Positions 1 through 9,658 of a stretch of 32,000 nucleotides of DNA are shown here, piece after piece. A program made the position numbers and the translations under genes. Positions within the stretch are counted from its first letter, which is position 1. Each line of letters starts with the position of its first letter. Under the pieces are notes generated by a model that worked only from the letters and a program-made list of their open reading frames with translations, did no database searches and was not told the DNA's origin. The stretch comes from Rhodobacter capsulatus SB 1003 (GTDB lineage Bacteria > Pseudomonadota > Alphaproteobacteria > Rhodobacterales > Rhodobacteraceae). The stretch is from the NCBI RefSeq assembly GCF_000021865.1, contig NC_014034.1:3090001-3122000 (forward strand), written 5' to 3'.

Positions 1-41
1 ACCGGCACCGCAGTATTCGGGCGCTGAAAACGAACCTGGCG

Positions 42-63
42 GCGCGGGATTTCCGGCCCGCGC
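42..63 (-). terminator. Possible hairpin terminator downstream of the DUF982-like gene
   Basis: GCGCGGG (42-48) pairs with CCCGCGC (57-63), giving a 7-bp stem and 8-nt loop just 3' of the minus-strand stop at 74-76. It is followed on that strand by GTTCGTTTTC. The T-tract is weak. Confidence 0.3.
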
Positions 64-73
64 GGCGCAGCGG

Positions 74-370
74 TTACGCGCAGCCGACGGGCTGTTCGAC
101 CGCGCGCCGGGCGGTGTAGCCGACCAGGTCTTCCGGGACGAAACCGGCCGACCTTGCCGCGGCGGTAAAGGCACGCCGCGCCACCCCCACGGGAACCAGA
201 CAATCCATGGCGGCTTCGACCTGCTTGAGGGCCGTCAACCGCGCCTCATCGGCAATCGGCCATCTTTTCAGCAACCAGTATTTCACTTGTTCGATCGTGC
301 TGAACTGCTGCACGTCCCCTTCCGGAGACATGACGAAGGACAGGGGTTTCCCCCAGATAATTTCAATCAA
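74..370 (-). CDS. DUF982-like small protein (start uncertain)
   Basis: The C-terminal part of ORF 74..559 reads WGKPLSFVMSPEGDVQQFSTIEQVKYWLLKRWP...ARRAFTAAARSAGF, which fits the DUF982 pattern as I recall it. The upstream part of the ORF overlaps cspA and its terminator hairpin, so the true start must lie 3' of 430. TTG at 368-370 is the only start-type codon that still includes the conserved WGKP segment. ATG at 331 is the alternative. Confidence 0.6.
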   Translation of the reverse strand: MIEIIWGKPLSFVMSPEGDVQQFSTIEQVKYWLLKRWPIADEARLTALKQVEAAMDCLVPVGVARRAFTAAARSAGFVPEDLVGYTARRAVEQPVGCA

Positions 371-429
371 CCGTAAGTCTTTCTTGAACGGGAAACGGGA
401 AAAGCGGATCGCCTCTCCGACGTTGCCGG

Positions 430-464
430 GAAAGCGGGTCCGGCCTCCGGCCGATCCCGCTTTC
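430..464 (-). terminator. Strong GC-rich hairpin 3' of cspA
   Basis: GAAAGCGGG (430-438) pairs perfectly with CCCGCTTTC (456-464). An inner CGGCC/GGCCG stem adds to it. The hairpin sits 16 nt downstream of the cspA stop on the minus strand. There is no long U-tract, only the CTTTC end. Confidence 0.55.
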
Positions 465-479
465 GATCTTGCCTGAATC

Positions 480-686
480 TCAGGCGAGGACGAGATTCGT
501 GGCCGACTCGCGGCCATTGCGATCCCGCTCGAGATCGAACGAAACCGCCTGGCCATCATTCAGCCCGCGGAGGCCCGCACGTTCCAGCGCGGTCACATGG
601 ACGAAAACGTCCTTCGTGCCGCTTTCCGGGGCGATAAAGCCGAAACCTTTGATTGCATTGAACCATTTCACGGTGCCATTGGCCAT
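480..686 (-). CDS. cspA: Cold-shock protein, CspA family (68 aa)
   Basis: The translation MANGTVKWFNAIKGFGFIAPESGTKDVFVHVTALERAGL... carries the RNP1-like KGFGFI and RNP2-like VFVH motifs. AAGGAG lies 8 nt upstream of the ATG at 686. The GTG at 695 lies inside that SD, so it is not used. Confidence 0.95.
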   Translation of the reverse strand: MANGTVKWFNAIKGFGFIAPESGTKDVFVHVTALERAGLRGLNDGQAVSFDLERDRNGRESATNLVLA

Positions 687-1039
687 CGTGTTCACTCCTT
701 CAGGGGAATGCTGCCCGCAGAATGCGACAGCCCGGCTTGGTCAGACGAGAGAGCAGACTGAAGCCGATGAAGGAGACAGGGTGCGGTCGGGAAAAACTTC
801 GCTGAAACCTGTATAGCTGAATTTGCAGATTTTGCAACGAGTCTTTCGGGGTTTTCAAAACAATCCCTTTGCGAAGGGTCCGGGCGGGTTGCAGCCGCAA
901 GCTGCATCCCGATGGGGCCTGTCGGCGGGGCTTGCGAGGCGAGGAAGACGCGGCCTCCACCAAATCTCCACAAACCCTGCGCAAATCATCGACGCGGGGC
1001 TGTCATGGGCCTGGCCGAACCGATCTGGGACCGATTGCC

Positions 1040-2161
1040 ATGACCTGCCCGCCCGTCTTGCCCCTTCTTCTTCTCTGCGCCCTGATCGCAACGCCGGTTT
1101 TCCGCCTGACGGCCGGGGTGCCGGAGGAGGAGAGCCCGCCGCCGCTGCGCCTTGGCATTGCCACCGTGACCGCCGAGCCGGTCGTGCTGTCGGACACCGT
1201 TCCGGGGCGGGTGGCGGCGTCGCGGCGGGTCGAGATCCGGCCGCAGGTCGGCGGGCTGATCCTTGAACGCCCTGCGGAGGGGGGCCGGGTCGCGGCGGGC
1301 GACGTGCTTTTCCGCCTCGATCCCGCGCCGCTCAGCGCCGAGCTGGCCAGTGCCGAGGCGGTTCTGGCCCGGGCCCTTGCCGCAAGGGATCAGGCCCGCC
1401 GTGCGCTGGGTCGGTCCGAAACCCTGCTGGCGCGCGATGTCACCAGCGCCGAAAAGACCGAGGCCGCCCGCAGCGATCTGGCCTTGGCCGAGGCCAGCCT
1501 GGCCGAGGCGCAGGCCAGTGTCGAACGCCGCAGGCTTGATCTGCAACAGGCCACGTTGAAGGCCCCGATCACGGGCCATGTCGCGGCAGGGGTGGCCGAG
1601 ATCGGCACGCTGGCCGTGCCGGGGGCCGACCGGCCGCTGGCGGTGGTTCAGGATCTCGACCGGGTTCACATCGATCTGCGGCTGCCCGCGACGCAGCTTG
1701 CGGCGATTCGGGCCGCCGCAGCGGCGGGGCTGGGCGATGTCGAGATTCTGGGCGATGACGCGCAGCCCCATCCGGCGCGGGGGCGGCTCGATTTTGCCGA
1801 TACCGTCATCGATCCCGGCACCGGCACCGTCACGCTGCGCGTCACGGTCGCAAACCCCGGCCTTGCGCTTTTGCCGGGCCAATATGTCCGGGCACGGCTG
1901 CCGCGCGGGGTGTTGCCCGCGGCGGTTCTGGTGCCCGAGGAAGCGGTCTTGCGCGACAGCGCGGGCGGCGCGCAGATCGTCGTCGTCTCGGACGGCAACC
2001 GCGCCGAACGCCGCCCCGTCACCCTGGGCGAGCGCCTTGGCGGGCGGGTGATCGTCGCCGCCGGGCTGCGTCCGGGCGAGACCGTCGCCGTTCTGGGCCA
2101 GGACCGCGTCGCCGAAGGCCCCGCCGTTGCCGTCACCACCACGCCCGCCCCAATCAGGTAA
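1040..2161 (+). CDS. RND efflux periplasmic adaptor (membrane fusion protein, AcrA/MexA family)
   Basis: From ATG 1040 the protein starts MTCPPVLPLLLLCALIATPVF, a signal/anchor. A coiled-coil hairpin region follows (LSAELASAEAVLARALAARDQARRAL...LAEAQASVERRRLDLQQATLKAPITGHV), then beta-barrel/MP domains. It lies directly upstream of the RND pump. Confidence 0.9.
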   Translation: MTCPPVLPLLLLCALIATPVFRLTAGVPEEESPPPLRLGIATVTAEPVVLSDTVPGRVAASRRVEIRPQVGGLILERPAEGGRVAAGDVLFRLDPAPLSAELASAEAVLARALAARDQARRALGRSETLLARDVTSAEKTEAARSDLALAEASLAEAQASVERRRLDLQQATLKAPITGHVAAGVAEIGTLAVPGADRPLAVVQDLDRVHIDLRLPATQLAAIRAAAAAGLGDVEILGDDAQPHPARGRLDFADTVIDPGTGTVTLRVTVANPGLALLPGQYVRARLPRGVLPAAVLVPEEAVLRDSAGGAQIVVVSDGNRAERRPVTLGERLGGRVIVAAGLRPGETVAVLGQDRVAEGPAVAVTTTPAPIR

Positions 2162-2170
2162 GCCGAACCG

Positions 2171-5100
2171 ATGCCGCGTTTCTTCATCGACCGCCCGATC
2201 TTCGCCATCGTCATCGCGATTTTCATTGCGCTGGCGGGGCTTGTGGCGATTCCGCAGCTGCCCGTCGCGCGCTTCCCCGAGGTGGCGCCGCCTTCGATCA
2301 GCATCTTTGCCACTTATGCCGGGGCCGATGCGCAGACGGTGAATGACAGTGTCGTGCGCCCGATCGAGCGGGAACTGGCCAGCGTCAAGAACGTGATTTC
2401 GGTCGACTCGAGCGTCGATGCCACCGGCGGGGCGACGCTCTTCCTGACCTTCAAGCCGGGCACCAACCCCGAGATGGCGCAGGTCGATGTGCAGAACCGG
2501 CTGAAAAACGCCGAGGCGCTGCTGCCCGAAGAGGTGCGCCGGGCCGGGATCGGGGTCGAGGCGGCCGAGCAGGGGTTCCTGATGGTGCTGACGCTGAAAT
2601 CGCGCAGCGGTGCCATGGACGAGCTGAGCCTTGGCGATTACCTCAGCCGCACCCTGTCGGAGGAGTTGAAACGCCTGCCCGGGGTCGGGCGGGTGCAGCC
2701 TTTCGGCTCGGAACGGGCGCTGCGGATCTGGGTCGATCCGGCGAGGCTGGCGGCTTACGGGCTGGGCCTGTCCGACGTGACCGAGGCGATCGCGCGCGAA
2801 AACATCCGCGCGACGCCGGGCCGGGTGGGCGATGCGCCGACGGTGCCGGGCACCCGCGTTTCGACGCCGCTGATCCTGCAAGGCCAGCTGACCACGCCCG
2901 AGGCCTTTGCCGCCATTCCCCTGCGCGCGGGCCTGGACGGATCGCGGCTTACGCTCGGCGATGTCGCGCGGGTGGAGATCGGCGCGCAGACGCTCGCCTT
3001 CAGCGTCAGCGCGAATGGCAAGCCCGCCGCGGCGGCCGCCGTGCAGATGGCGCCCGGCGCCAATGCCCTGCGCACCGCCGCCGCGATCGAGGCGCGGCTG
3101 GACGAATTGCGCCCAAGCCTGCCCGGTGACATGGAGGTGACGATCTCCTACAACACCGCGCCCTTCGTGAAGGTCTCGATCGCCAAGGTGATCAGCACGC
3201 TCTTCGAGGCGATGGCGCTGGTGTTCCTTGTGATGCTGCTCTTCCTGCAAAACCTGCGCTACACGCTGATCCCGACCATCGTGGCGCCGATCGCGCTTTT
3301 GGGCACCTTTGCCGTGATGGCCCTGGCGGGCTATTCCATCAACGTGCTGAGCATGTTCGGCATGGTGCTGGCGATCGGCATCATCGTCGATGACGCCATC
3401 GTCGTGGTCGAGAATGTCGAGCGGATCATGGCCCGGCAGGGGCTGTCGCCCAAGGCCGCCACCCGGCAGGCGATGGACGAGATTTCCGGCGCCATCATCG
3501 GCATCACCCTGGTGCTGGCCGCGGTCTTCATTCCGATGGGGCTGGCGGGCGGATCGGTGGGGGCGATCTACCGGCAGTTCACCCTGTCGATGGCGGTCTC
3601 GATCCTCATCTCGGCCTTCCTTGCGCTGACGCTGACGCCCGCGCTTTGCGCCACGCTGCTCAAACCCGCCACCGCCCATGCAAGCACCGGATTTTTCGGC
3701 GCCTTCAACCGCGGCTTTGCGGCGCTTTCTGTGCGCTATACCGGCTGGGTCGGCCTGGTGCTGCGGCGCGGCGGGCGGATGGCGGGGCTGTATCTCGCCC
3801 TGCTTGCCGTGCTGGCCATCGGCTACACGCGCCTGCCCACCGCCTTCGTCCCCGAGGAGGATCAGGGCAATTTCATCACCACGGTCGAGCTGCCCGCCGG
3901 GGCCACGGCCGAACGCACCCGCGCCGTCGTCGCCGCCTTCGAGGCCCATGCCGCGACCCGCCCCGCCATCGACGAGACGACGGTGATCCTGGGCTTCGGC
4001 TTCACCGGATCGGGCCCGAATGCCGCGCAGGCCTTTGCCAGCCTCAAGGACTGGTCGGATCGCGAGGTCAGCGTCGATGACGAGATCGCCGCGGCCGAGG
4101 CGGCGATGGCCGAGGTGCCCGAGGGCACGGTGAGCGTGATGAAACCGCCTGCCATTGAATCGCTTGGCACCACCTCGGGCTTTTCGCTGCGGCTCGAAGA
4201 CCGCGCCAATGCGGGGCCGGTCGCGCTGAAAGCTGCCGTCGATCAGCTGGTTGCGATGGCCGCCGAAAGCCCGTTGCTGCGCGACGTGATGTCCGAGGGG
4301 CTGCCAGACGGCCCGAGCATTGCCTTGCAGATCGACCGGCCCAAGGCGCAGGCGCTGGGGCTGTCCTTTGCCGCGATCAATGACACGATCTCGACCGCCA
4401 TCGGCTCGGGCCATGTCAGCGATTTCCCGAACCAGGGAAGGATGCAGCAGGTGATCGTGCAGGCCGATGCCCCGGCGCGGATGCATGTCGAAGACGTGCT
4501 GCGCCTTGAGACCCGCAATGCCGAAGGGGGCATGGTGCCGCTCTCTGAAGTGGTGCGGCCGGTCTGGACCTTTGCGCCCTTGGCGCTGAGCCGCTTCAAC
4601 GGCTATCCCGCCACCGGGATCTCGGGCGCCGCCGCGCCGGGGGTGTCGAGCGGCGCCGCCATGGCCGAGATGGAGCGGCTGGCGCAGACCCTGCCCAAAG
4701 GCTTCGCACTCGACTGGGTCGGGCAATCGGCGCAGGAAAAGCAGGCCGCGGGGCAAGCGCCCCTGCTGCTCGCCGCTTCGATGCTGGTGGTGTTTCTGGT
4801 GCTGGCGGCACTTTACGAAAGCTGGTCGATCCCGGTCGCGGTGCTGCTGGTGGTGCCCCTCGGCGTCCTTGGCGCGGTCACGGCGGTGCTGATCCGCGGC
4901 GGCGAGAATGACGTCTTCTTCAAGGTCGGTCTGATCACGATCATCGGGCTGTCGGCGAAGAACGCGATCCTGATGATCGAATTCGCCCGCCATCTGCGCG
5001 ACCAGGGGTTCGGCCCCTGCCGCGCGATCCTGCAAGCCGCGCGGCTGCGGCTGCGGCCGATCCTGATGACCTCGCTTGCCTTTATCCTTGGGGTGGTGCC

Positions 5101-5263
5101 CTTGATGCTGGCCCATGGCGCGGGGTCCGAGATCCAGAACGCCATCGGCACCGGGGTGTTCGGCGGCATGATCTCGGCCACGGTGCTGGCGGTTTTCTTC
5201 ATTCCCGTGCTCTATATCCTTGTCAGCCTGCGCGCTGCCCCTTTCCGACGGACCAAGCCATGA
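2171..5263 (+). CDS. RND multidrug efflux permease (AcrB/MexB-type HAE1 family, 1030 aa)
   Basis: It opens with the canonical MPRFFIDRPIFAIVIAIFIALAGLVAIPQLPVARFPEVAPPSISI. It has the 12-TM, two-large-loop architecture and GMVLAIGIIVDDAIVVVENVERI in TM4. Its stop overlaps the next gene start (ATGA at 5260-5263). Confidence 0.95.
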   Translation: MPRFFIDRPIFAIVIAIFIALAGLVAIPQLPVARFPEVAPPSISIFATYAGADAQTVNDSVVRPIERELASVKNVISVDSSVDATGGATLFLTFKPGTNPEMAQVDVQNRLKNAEALLPEEVRRAGIGVEAAEQGFLMVLTLKSRSGAMDELSLGDYLSRTLSEELKRLPGVGRVQPFGSERALRIWVDPARLAAYGLGLSDVTEAIARENIRATPGRVGDAPTVPGTRVSTPLILQGQLTTPEAFAAIPLRAGLDGSRLTLGDVARVEIGAQTLAFSVSANGKPAAAAAVQMAPGANALRTAAAIEARLDELRPSLPGDMEVTISYNTAPFVKVSIAKVISTLFEAMALVFLVMLLFLQNLRYTLIPTIVAPIALLGTFAVMALAGYSINVLSMFGMVLAIGIIVDDAIVVVENVERIMARQGLSPKAATRQAMDEISGAIIGITLVLAAVFIPMGLAGGSVGAIYRQFTLSMAVSILISAFLALTLTPALCATLLKPATAHASTGFFGAFNRGFAALSVRYTGWVGLVLRRGGRMAGLYLALLAVLAIGYTRLPTAFVPEEDQGNFITTVELPAGATAERTRAVVAAFEAHAATRPAIDETTVILGFGFTGSGPNAAQAFASLKDWSDREVSVDDEIAAAEAAMAEVPEGTVSVMKPPAIESLGTTSGFSLRLEDRANAGPVALKAAVDQLVAMAAESPLLRDVMSEGLPDGPSIALQIDRPKAQALGLSFAAINDTISTAIGSGHVSDFPNQGRMQQVIVQADAPARMHVEDVLRLETRNAEGGMVPLSEVVRPVWTFAPLALSRFNGYPATGISGAAAPGVSSGAAMAEMERLAQTLPKGFALDWVGQSAQEKQAAGQAPLLLAASMLVVFLVLAALYESWSIPVAVLLVVPLGVLGAVTAVLIRGGENDVFFKVGLITIIGLSAKNAILMIEFARHLRDQGFGPCRAILQAARLRLRPILMTSLAFILGVVPLMLAHGAGSEIQNAIGTGVFGGMISATVLAVFFIPVLYILVSLRAAPFRRTKP

Positions 5264-5958
5264 CGAACGCGCTGATCCTGATCATCGAAGACGAACCCGA
5301 GATTGCCGAGATTCTGGAAAGCTATTTCGCCCGCGAAGGATTCCGGGTGATCTGCGCGGGCGACGGGCCTTTGGGTCTGGCGCATCACCAGCGGCTGCGC
5401 CCCGATCTTGTCGTGCTCGACATCAAATTGCCCGGGCTGGACGGCTACGAGGTGCTGGCCACGATCCGGCGCCGGGGCGAGACGCCGGTGATCATGGTCA
5501 CGGCGCTGGCCGAGGATCTGGACAAGCTGCAGGCCCTGCGCATCGGCGCCGATGATTACGTGGTCAAGCCCTTCAACCCGCTTGAGATCGTGGCCCGCGC
5601 CCGCGCCGTGCTGCGCCGCACCTTGGGGCGCGCGCCCGAAACCCTGCTGCGGCTGGGTCCGCTCAGCGTCGATCCGCAGGCGATCCGCGCCGTGGTCGAG
5701 ACCGCCGCGGGGCCGGTGCCGCTCGATCTGACACCCACGGAATTTCGCATCCTTGCGCATATGGCCGCCGCGCCGGGCCGGGCTTTCGCCCGCGCCGATC
5801 TGGTCGATGCCTGCCTGCCCGAGGGCGAGGCGCTCGATCGCACCGTCGACAGCCATGTCAGCAACCTGCGCCGCAAGCTTTCCGCCGCCGGGGCCGAGGG
5901 GCTTTTGACCGGGGTGCGCGGTATCGGCTACCGGCTGGAGGCGCCGCATGGCCGGTAA
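5260..5958 (+). CDS. OmpR/PhoB-family response regulator (BaeR/CpxR-like)
   Basis: The REC domain reads ILIIEDEPEIAEIL...DLVVLDIKLPGLDGYEVL...ADDYVVKPF. The C-terminal winged helix reads LTPTEFRILAHMA...VDSHVSNLRRKL...GIGYRL. Confidence 0.95.
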   Translation: MTNALILIIEDEPEIAEILESYFAREGFRVICAGDGPLGLAHHQRLRPDLVVLDIKLPGLDGYEVLATIRRRGETPVIMVTALAEDLDKLQALRIGADDYVVKPFNPLEIVARARAVLRRTLGRAPETLLRLGPLSVDPQAIRAVVETAAGPVPLDLTPTEFRILAHMAAAPGRAFARADLVDACLPEGEALDRTVDSHVSNLRRKLSAAGAEGLLTGVRGIGYRLEAPHGR

Positions 5959-7042
5959 GGGCGCCAATCTCCGCTCGCAGATCACCCGCGCGATGATCGG
6001 GCTGACGCTGACGGCCTTTGCGGTCGTCTATTTCGGCATGATGGCCTATTTTTTCGTGATTTACGAATGGCTTTACCCCGATGCCACGGCGGATGAAAGC
6101 TGGCGGCTGGGCGATACGGTGATGGTCGGGCTGGTGCTGGGCTTTGGTCTTCTCAGCGCCGCGCTGATCGGCTGGCGGCTGGGGCGGCGGATCCTCGCGC
6201 CGCTGGAAACGGTGGCCGTCGCGGCCCGCCAGATCGCCAGCGGCGATTTTTCCGCCCGTGCCGGTCTGCCGCGGGGCAGCTTCGGCGAGGCGGGCGATCT
6301 GGTGGCCGATTTCAACCGCATGGCCGAGCGGCTGCAACAGGCCGAGGCGGAACTGGCCTATTCGAATTCCGCTATCGCGCATGAATTGCGCACCCCCCTG
6401 ACGATCCTGCGCGGGCGCTTGCAGGGGCTGCTCGATGGCGTCTTCGCGCCCGGCCCGCAGCTTTACGCCCGGCTGATCGCCCATGTCGATGATCTTTCCG
6501 CCATCGTCGAGGAGCTGCGCACGCTGGCCCTTGGCACCGCCGGGCAGCTCGATCTGATCTGCGCCCCGGTCGATCTGGCCGCGGAGGCCGAGGCGGCGCT
6601 CGACGCGCTCGACGCAGAGCTGGCCGGGGCCGGGCTGGTCGTGACCCGCCGCCTTGCCCCCGCCGTGACCCGGGCCGACCGGGCGCGGCTGCGCCAGGCC
6701 TTTGTCGCGGTGCTGGAAAACGCCTGCCGCTATGCGCCGCAGGCCGGGCTTTTGGTCGAAACCGGCGTCGCCGGGGAGACGGTCTATTTCCGCTGCACCG
6801 ACAGCGGCCCGGGCCTCTCGCCCGAGGGCCGCGCCCGCGCCTTCGAGCGGTTCTGGCGCGCAGAGGCCTCGCGCGGGCGCAGCCTTGGCGGCTCGGGGCT
6901 GGGCCTGCCGATCGTGCGCGCCATCGCCCGCGCCCATGGCGGCGAGGCGCTGATCCTGCCCGACAGCCCCGGGCTGACGGTGGAAATCCGTCTGCCCTGC
7001 CGCAAAGTTTCCCTTTCGGAGCAAGACTTTGATGACCAATGA
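5948..7042 (+). CDS. Sensor histidine kinase (2 TM, HAMP, HisKA, HATPase_c)
   Basis: It has two hydrophobic segments and a HAMP-like region (PLETVAVAARQIASGDF). The H-box is AIAHELRTPLTIL, the N-box is LENACRYA, and the G-boxes are DSGPGL and GSGLGLPIVRAIARAHGG. The start overlaps the regulator's stop. Confidence 0.9.
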   Translation: MAGKGANLRSQITRAMIGLTLTAFAVVYFGMMAYFFVIYEWLYPDATADESWRLGDTVMVGLVLGFGLLSAALIGWRLGRRILAPLETVAVAARQIASGDFSARAGLPRGSFGEAGDLVADFNRMAERLQQAEAELAYSNSAIAHELRTPLTILRGRLQGLLDGVFAPGPQLYARLIAHVDDLSAIVEELRTLALGTAGQLDLICAPVDLAAEAEAALDALDAELAGAGLVVTRRLAPAVTRADRARLRQAFVAVLENACRYAPQAGLLVETGVAGETVYFRCTDSGPGLSPEGRARAFERFWRAEASRGRSLGGSGLGLPIVRAIARAHGGEALILPDSPGLTVEIRLPCRKVSLSEQDFDDQ

Positions 7043-8813
7043 TCCCGACACCGCCGAGACCTACGACACTCTCGCCGCCCGGCATGTCTCGCTCGCCCGG
7101 GTGCTTGCCCTTTTCGCCCCCTATCGGCGCCGCATCGCCGGGGTGGTCGCGCTGATGCTGCTTGCCGCCGCGATCGGTCTGGCCGGGCCGTTCCTGTTGC
7201 GCGCCGTGATCGATGTGGCGCTGCCCGGGCAGGATCTGGGGCTGCTCCTGCTTCTGGTCGGCGGCATGGTCACGGTGGCGCTGGCCGCCGCGGCGGTGGG
7301 CGCCTGGCAGGTGGTGCTGACCGCGCGCATCGGCCAGGCGATCCTGCACGATCTGCGGGTCCGGCTTTACGCGCATCTGCAAAGCCTGTCGCTGCGCTTC
7401 TTCACCGGCACCCGGACGGGCGAGGTGCAATCGCGCATCGCGGGCGACATTTCGGGCCTGCAGGCGATGCTGACCGAGACCGCCTCGGAACTCGGCCGGG
7501 CGCTGTCCGCGGTGGTGATGACCGCCATCGCCATCGTGATCCTGGATTGGCGGCTGGCGCTTTTCGTTCTGGTCATCGTGCCGGGCACGGTGCTGATCAG
7601 CCACCGCGTCGCCAGGCTGCGCGAGGCGCTGATGTGGCAGCGTCAGGCCCGGGCCGCCGATCTTTCCGCCGCGGTGCAGGAGACGCTCTCGGTGCCGGGG
7701 ATCATTCTGGCCCGCACGATGGGGCGCGGCCCGCATCTGACGCGCCGCTTTGCGCGGCTCTCGGACGATCTGGCGCGGCTTGACGCGCGGGCGCAGACGG
7801 CGGGCGAAGGGCAGTGGATGCTGATCGGCTTTGCGCTCGCCGTTCTGCCCGCGCTGACGCTGCTCGCAGGCGGGCTGTTGATGCGCAGCGACGATCCGGC
7901 CAGCATCGGCACGCTGGTGGCGATGATCGCGCTGCAGGAACAGCTTCTGTGGCCCTTTGAACAGCTTCTGGAAATCGGCCGCGACCTGCGCAAGACTCGC
8001 GCGCTCTTCGCCCGGATCTTCGAATATCTCGACACGCCGGTCGAAATTACGGAGCGCCCGGCGCCGGTCACGCTGGAGCGTGCCCGGATGCGCGGCGCCA
8101 TCGAGCTGGACCATGTCAGCTTTTCCTATGCCGGCGCCGCCCGCCCGGCGGTGGACGATATCAGCCTGAACATCCCGGCGGGCAGCCATGTCGCCATCGT
8201 CGGGCCGACCGGCTCGGGCAAGACGACGCTCGGCTATCTCTTGGCGCGGCTTTACGATGTCGATCACGGCGCGATCCGTTTCGACGGGATCGACCTGCGC
8301 GATCTGAGCTTCGGGACGCTGTCGCAGATGCTGGGCGTGGTCTCGCAGGAACCCTATCTGCTGCATGCCTCGGTGGCGGAAAACCTGCGCTTTGCCCGCC
8401 CCGAGGCGAGTGACGCCGAGCTGATCGCCGCGGCGAAAGTGGCGCAGATCCACGATCATATCGCCGCCCTGCCCGAGGGCTACGAGACCCGGGTTGGCGA
8501 AGGCGGGTTCCGCTTTTCGGGCGGCGAGAAACAGCGTCTGGCGCTGGCCCGCACGATCCTGCGCGACCCGCCGATCCTGCTTCTGGACGAGGCGACGAGC
8601 GCGCTCGATACCCGCACCGAAAGGGCGATGTCGGAAGCGCTCGACGGGCTGGCAAGGGGGCGCACCACCATCACTATCGCGCATCGGCTCTCGACGGTGC
8701 GGCATGCCGACCGGATCGTGGTGATGCAGGCCGGGCGGGTGGTCGAAGAGGGCCCGCATGAGACCTTGCGCGCGCAAGGCGGTCTTTACGCCAAACTGCT
8801 GCGCGGCACCTGA
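7032..8813 (+). CDS. ABC exporter, fused permease/ATPase (MsbA-like, type I exporter)
   Basis: The N-terminal half is a 6-TM ABC_membrane domain. Walker A is GPTGSGKTT, the signature is FSGGEKQRLALAR, and Walker B is ILLLDEATSALD. The ORF track starts at TTG 7029; the adjacent ATG at 7032 is preferred. The start overlaps the kinase stop (7040-7042). Confidence 0.9.
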   Translation: MTNDPDTAETYDTLAARHVSLARVLALFAPYRRRIAGVVALMLLAAAIGLAGPFLLRAVIDVALPGQDLGLLLLLVGGMVTVALAAAAVGAWQVVLTARIGQAILHDLRVRLYAHLQSLSLRFFTGTRTGEVQSRIAGDISGLQAMLTETASELGRALSAVVMTAIAIVILDWRLALFVLVIVPGTVLISHRVARLREALMWQRQARAADLSAAVQETLSVPGIILARTMGRGPHLTRRFARLSDDLARLDARAQTAGEGQWMLIGFALAVLPALTLLAGGLLMRSDDPASIGTLVAMIALQEQLLWPFEQLLEIGRDLRKTRALFARIFEYLDTPVEITERPAPVTLERARMRGAIELDHVSFSYAGAARPAVDDISLNIPAGSHVAIVGPTGSGKTTLGYLLARLYDVDHGAIRFDGIDLRDLSFGTLSQMLGVVSQEPYLLHASVAENLRFARPEASDAELIAAAKVAQIHDHIAALPEGYETRVGEGGFRFSGGEKQRLALARTILRDPPILLLDEATSALDTRTERAMSEALDGLARGRTTITIAHRLSTVRHADRIVVMQAGRVVEEGPHETLRAQGGLYAKLLRGT

Positions 8814-8979
8814 GCGCGGGATGCGGGCCTGTGTTCAGTCCCTGCATCTGGTGGGCCATGTTGCGCGCGATCAGCTTCCGGACGGACGTTGAACAGCTTT
8901 CGGACGAAAATTTTTACCAGCACGCAAATCCTGACGCGCTCCGACCGCCTCTGCCTTGGCAACGCCCCGGTCGATCCGG

Positions 8980-9609
8980 TCAGAGCGCCCCGGCCGGATA
9001 AAGGCTGAGCAGGAAGAGGCTTCCGGCGCCGATCGTCAGCGCCCCGCCCGGATGCGCGCCCCCCTTTGGTGACGGTCGTTCCCGCGGCCTCGGTCGGAAT
9101 GACCGAACTGACGGCGGCGCCGGTCTCCAGCTGCGCCCCCCACAGGCAAAGCTCCGAGGCGCCATCCCCCGGGTAAGAGGTCGCGCCATTCGCACTGGCA
9201 ATGCTCGGGTAAAAGTTGAAATTGCCGCTTGCCGCCTGCGTCTGCGTCACGCTGCAGCGATACCAGCCATTCCCCGCCGCCACGATCTGCGCCACATGCC
9301 CCGCCGCGCCCTGCGACACCACCCCGAGCGTCCCCGTCTGCAGGTCGAAATAGGTGGTGCGGAAGGCATTCGCGCTGTCGGCGGTCACCAGGGCAAACCA
9401 CCGACGCTCGGCCGCCTTGACGAAGATCGAGGCGGTCACGGAGGTCCCCGCCGCGATCTGCGTCCCGGTGCGGGCGACGAAATGGCTGTTGTTGCTGGTA
9501 TCTTCGACAAGCTTGTCGGCCGTCATCGTGCCATTCGGGGCCAGCGCGGCATTTGCTAGCACGCTGGCCCGGGTTTTCCCCCAGGAGGCGGCCTCGAACT
9601 GCGCGCTGC
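8980..9609 (-). pseudogene. Decayed second copy of the spike/tail-fibre gene (paralog of 10567..11388)
   Basis: It aligns by eye to copy 2 from SAQF(E/D)AASW onward. Relative to copy 2 it lacks the N-terminus, replaced at about 9609/9610 by an IS end. It lacks 78 nt (26 codons, AVTRAADLASVAVAAGSYDIRRVDAA) at a CGCGGC direct repeat (junction about 9088). It also has one extra C in the C-run at 9059-9064, which throws the last ~26 codons (..LLSLYPAGAL, stop 8980-8982) into another frame. Confidence 0.75.
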
Positions 9610-9658
9610 TGTATTGACCCAGTGAAATCCTGCTCATTCTACACAGGAGAACGTGGCC

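Noticed and set aside
986-5116. 1376-aa minus-strand ORF spanning the whole RND region
   Set aside because: It is antisense to two genes with unmistakable family signatures. Its translation is extremely Arg/Gly/Pro/His/Asp-rich and of low complexity. This is the usual stop-poor antisense frame in high-G+C DNA.
6372-8777. 801-aa minus-strand ORF over the kinase and ABC exporter genes
   Set aside because: The reasoning is the same: Arg/Pro/Gly-rich antisense translation with no recognisable motifs. The plus-strand genes carry H-box, G-box, Walker and signature motifs.
9610-9640. TGTATTGA... resembles the first bases of the phage Mu left end, suggesting a transposable-phage terminus
   Set aside because: It sits ~50 nt upstream of an IS3-type orfA/orfB pair with an A AAA AAG frameshift site, so it is better explained as the IS left inverted repeat. 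An 8-nt resemblance to Mu is not meaningful.
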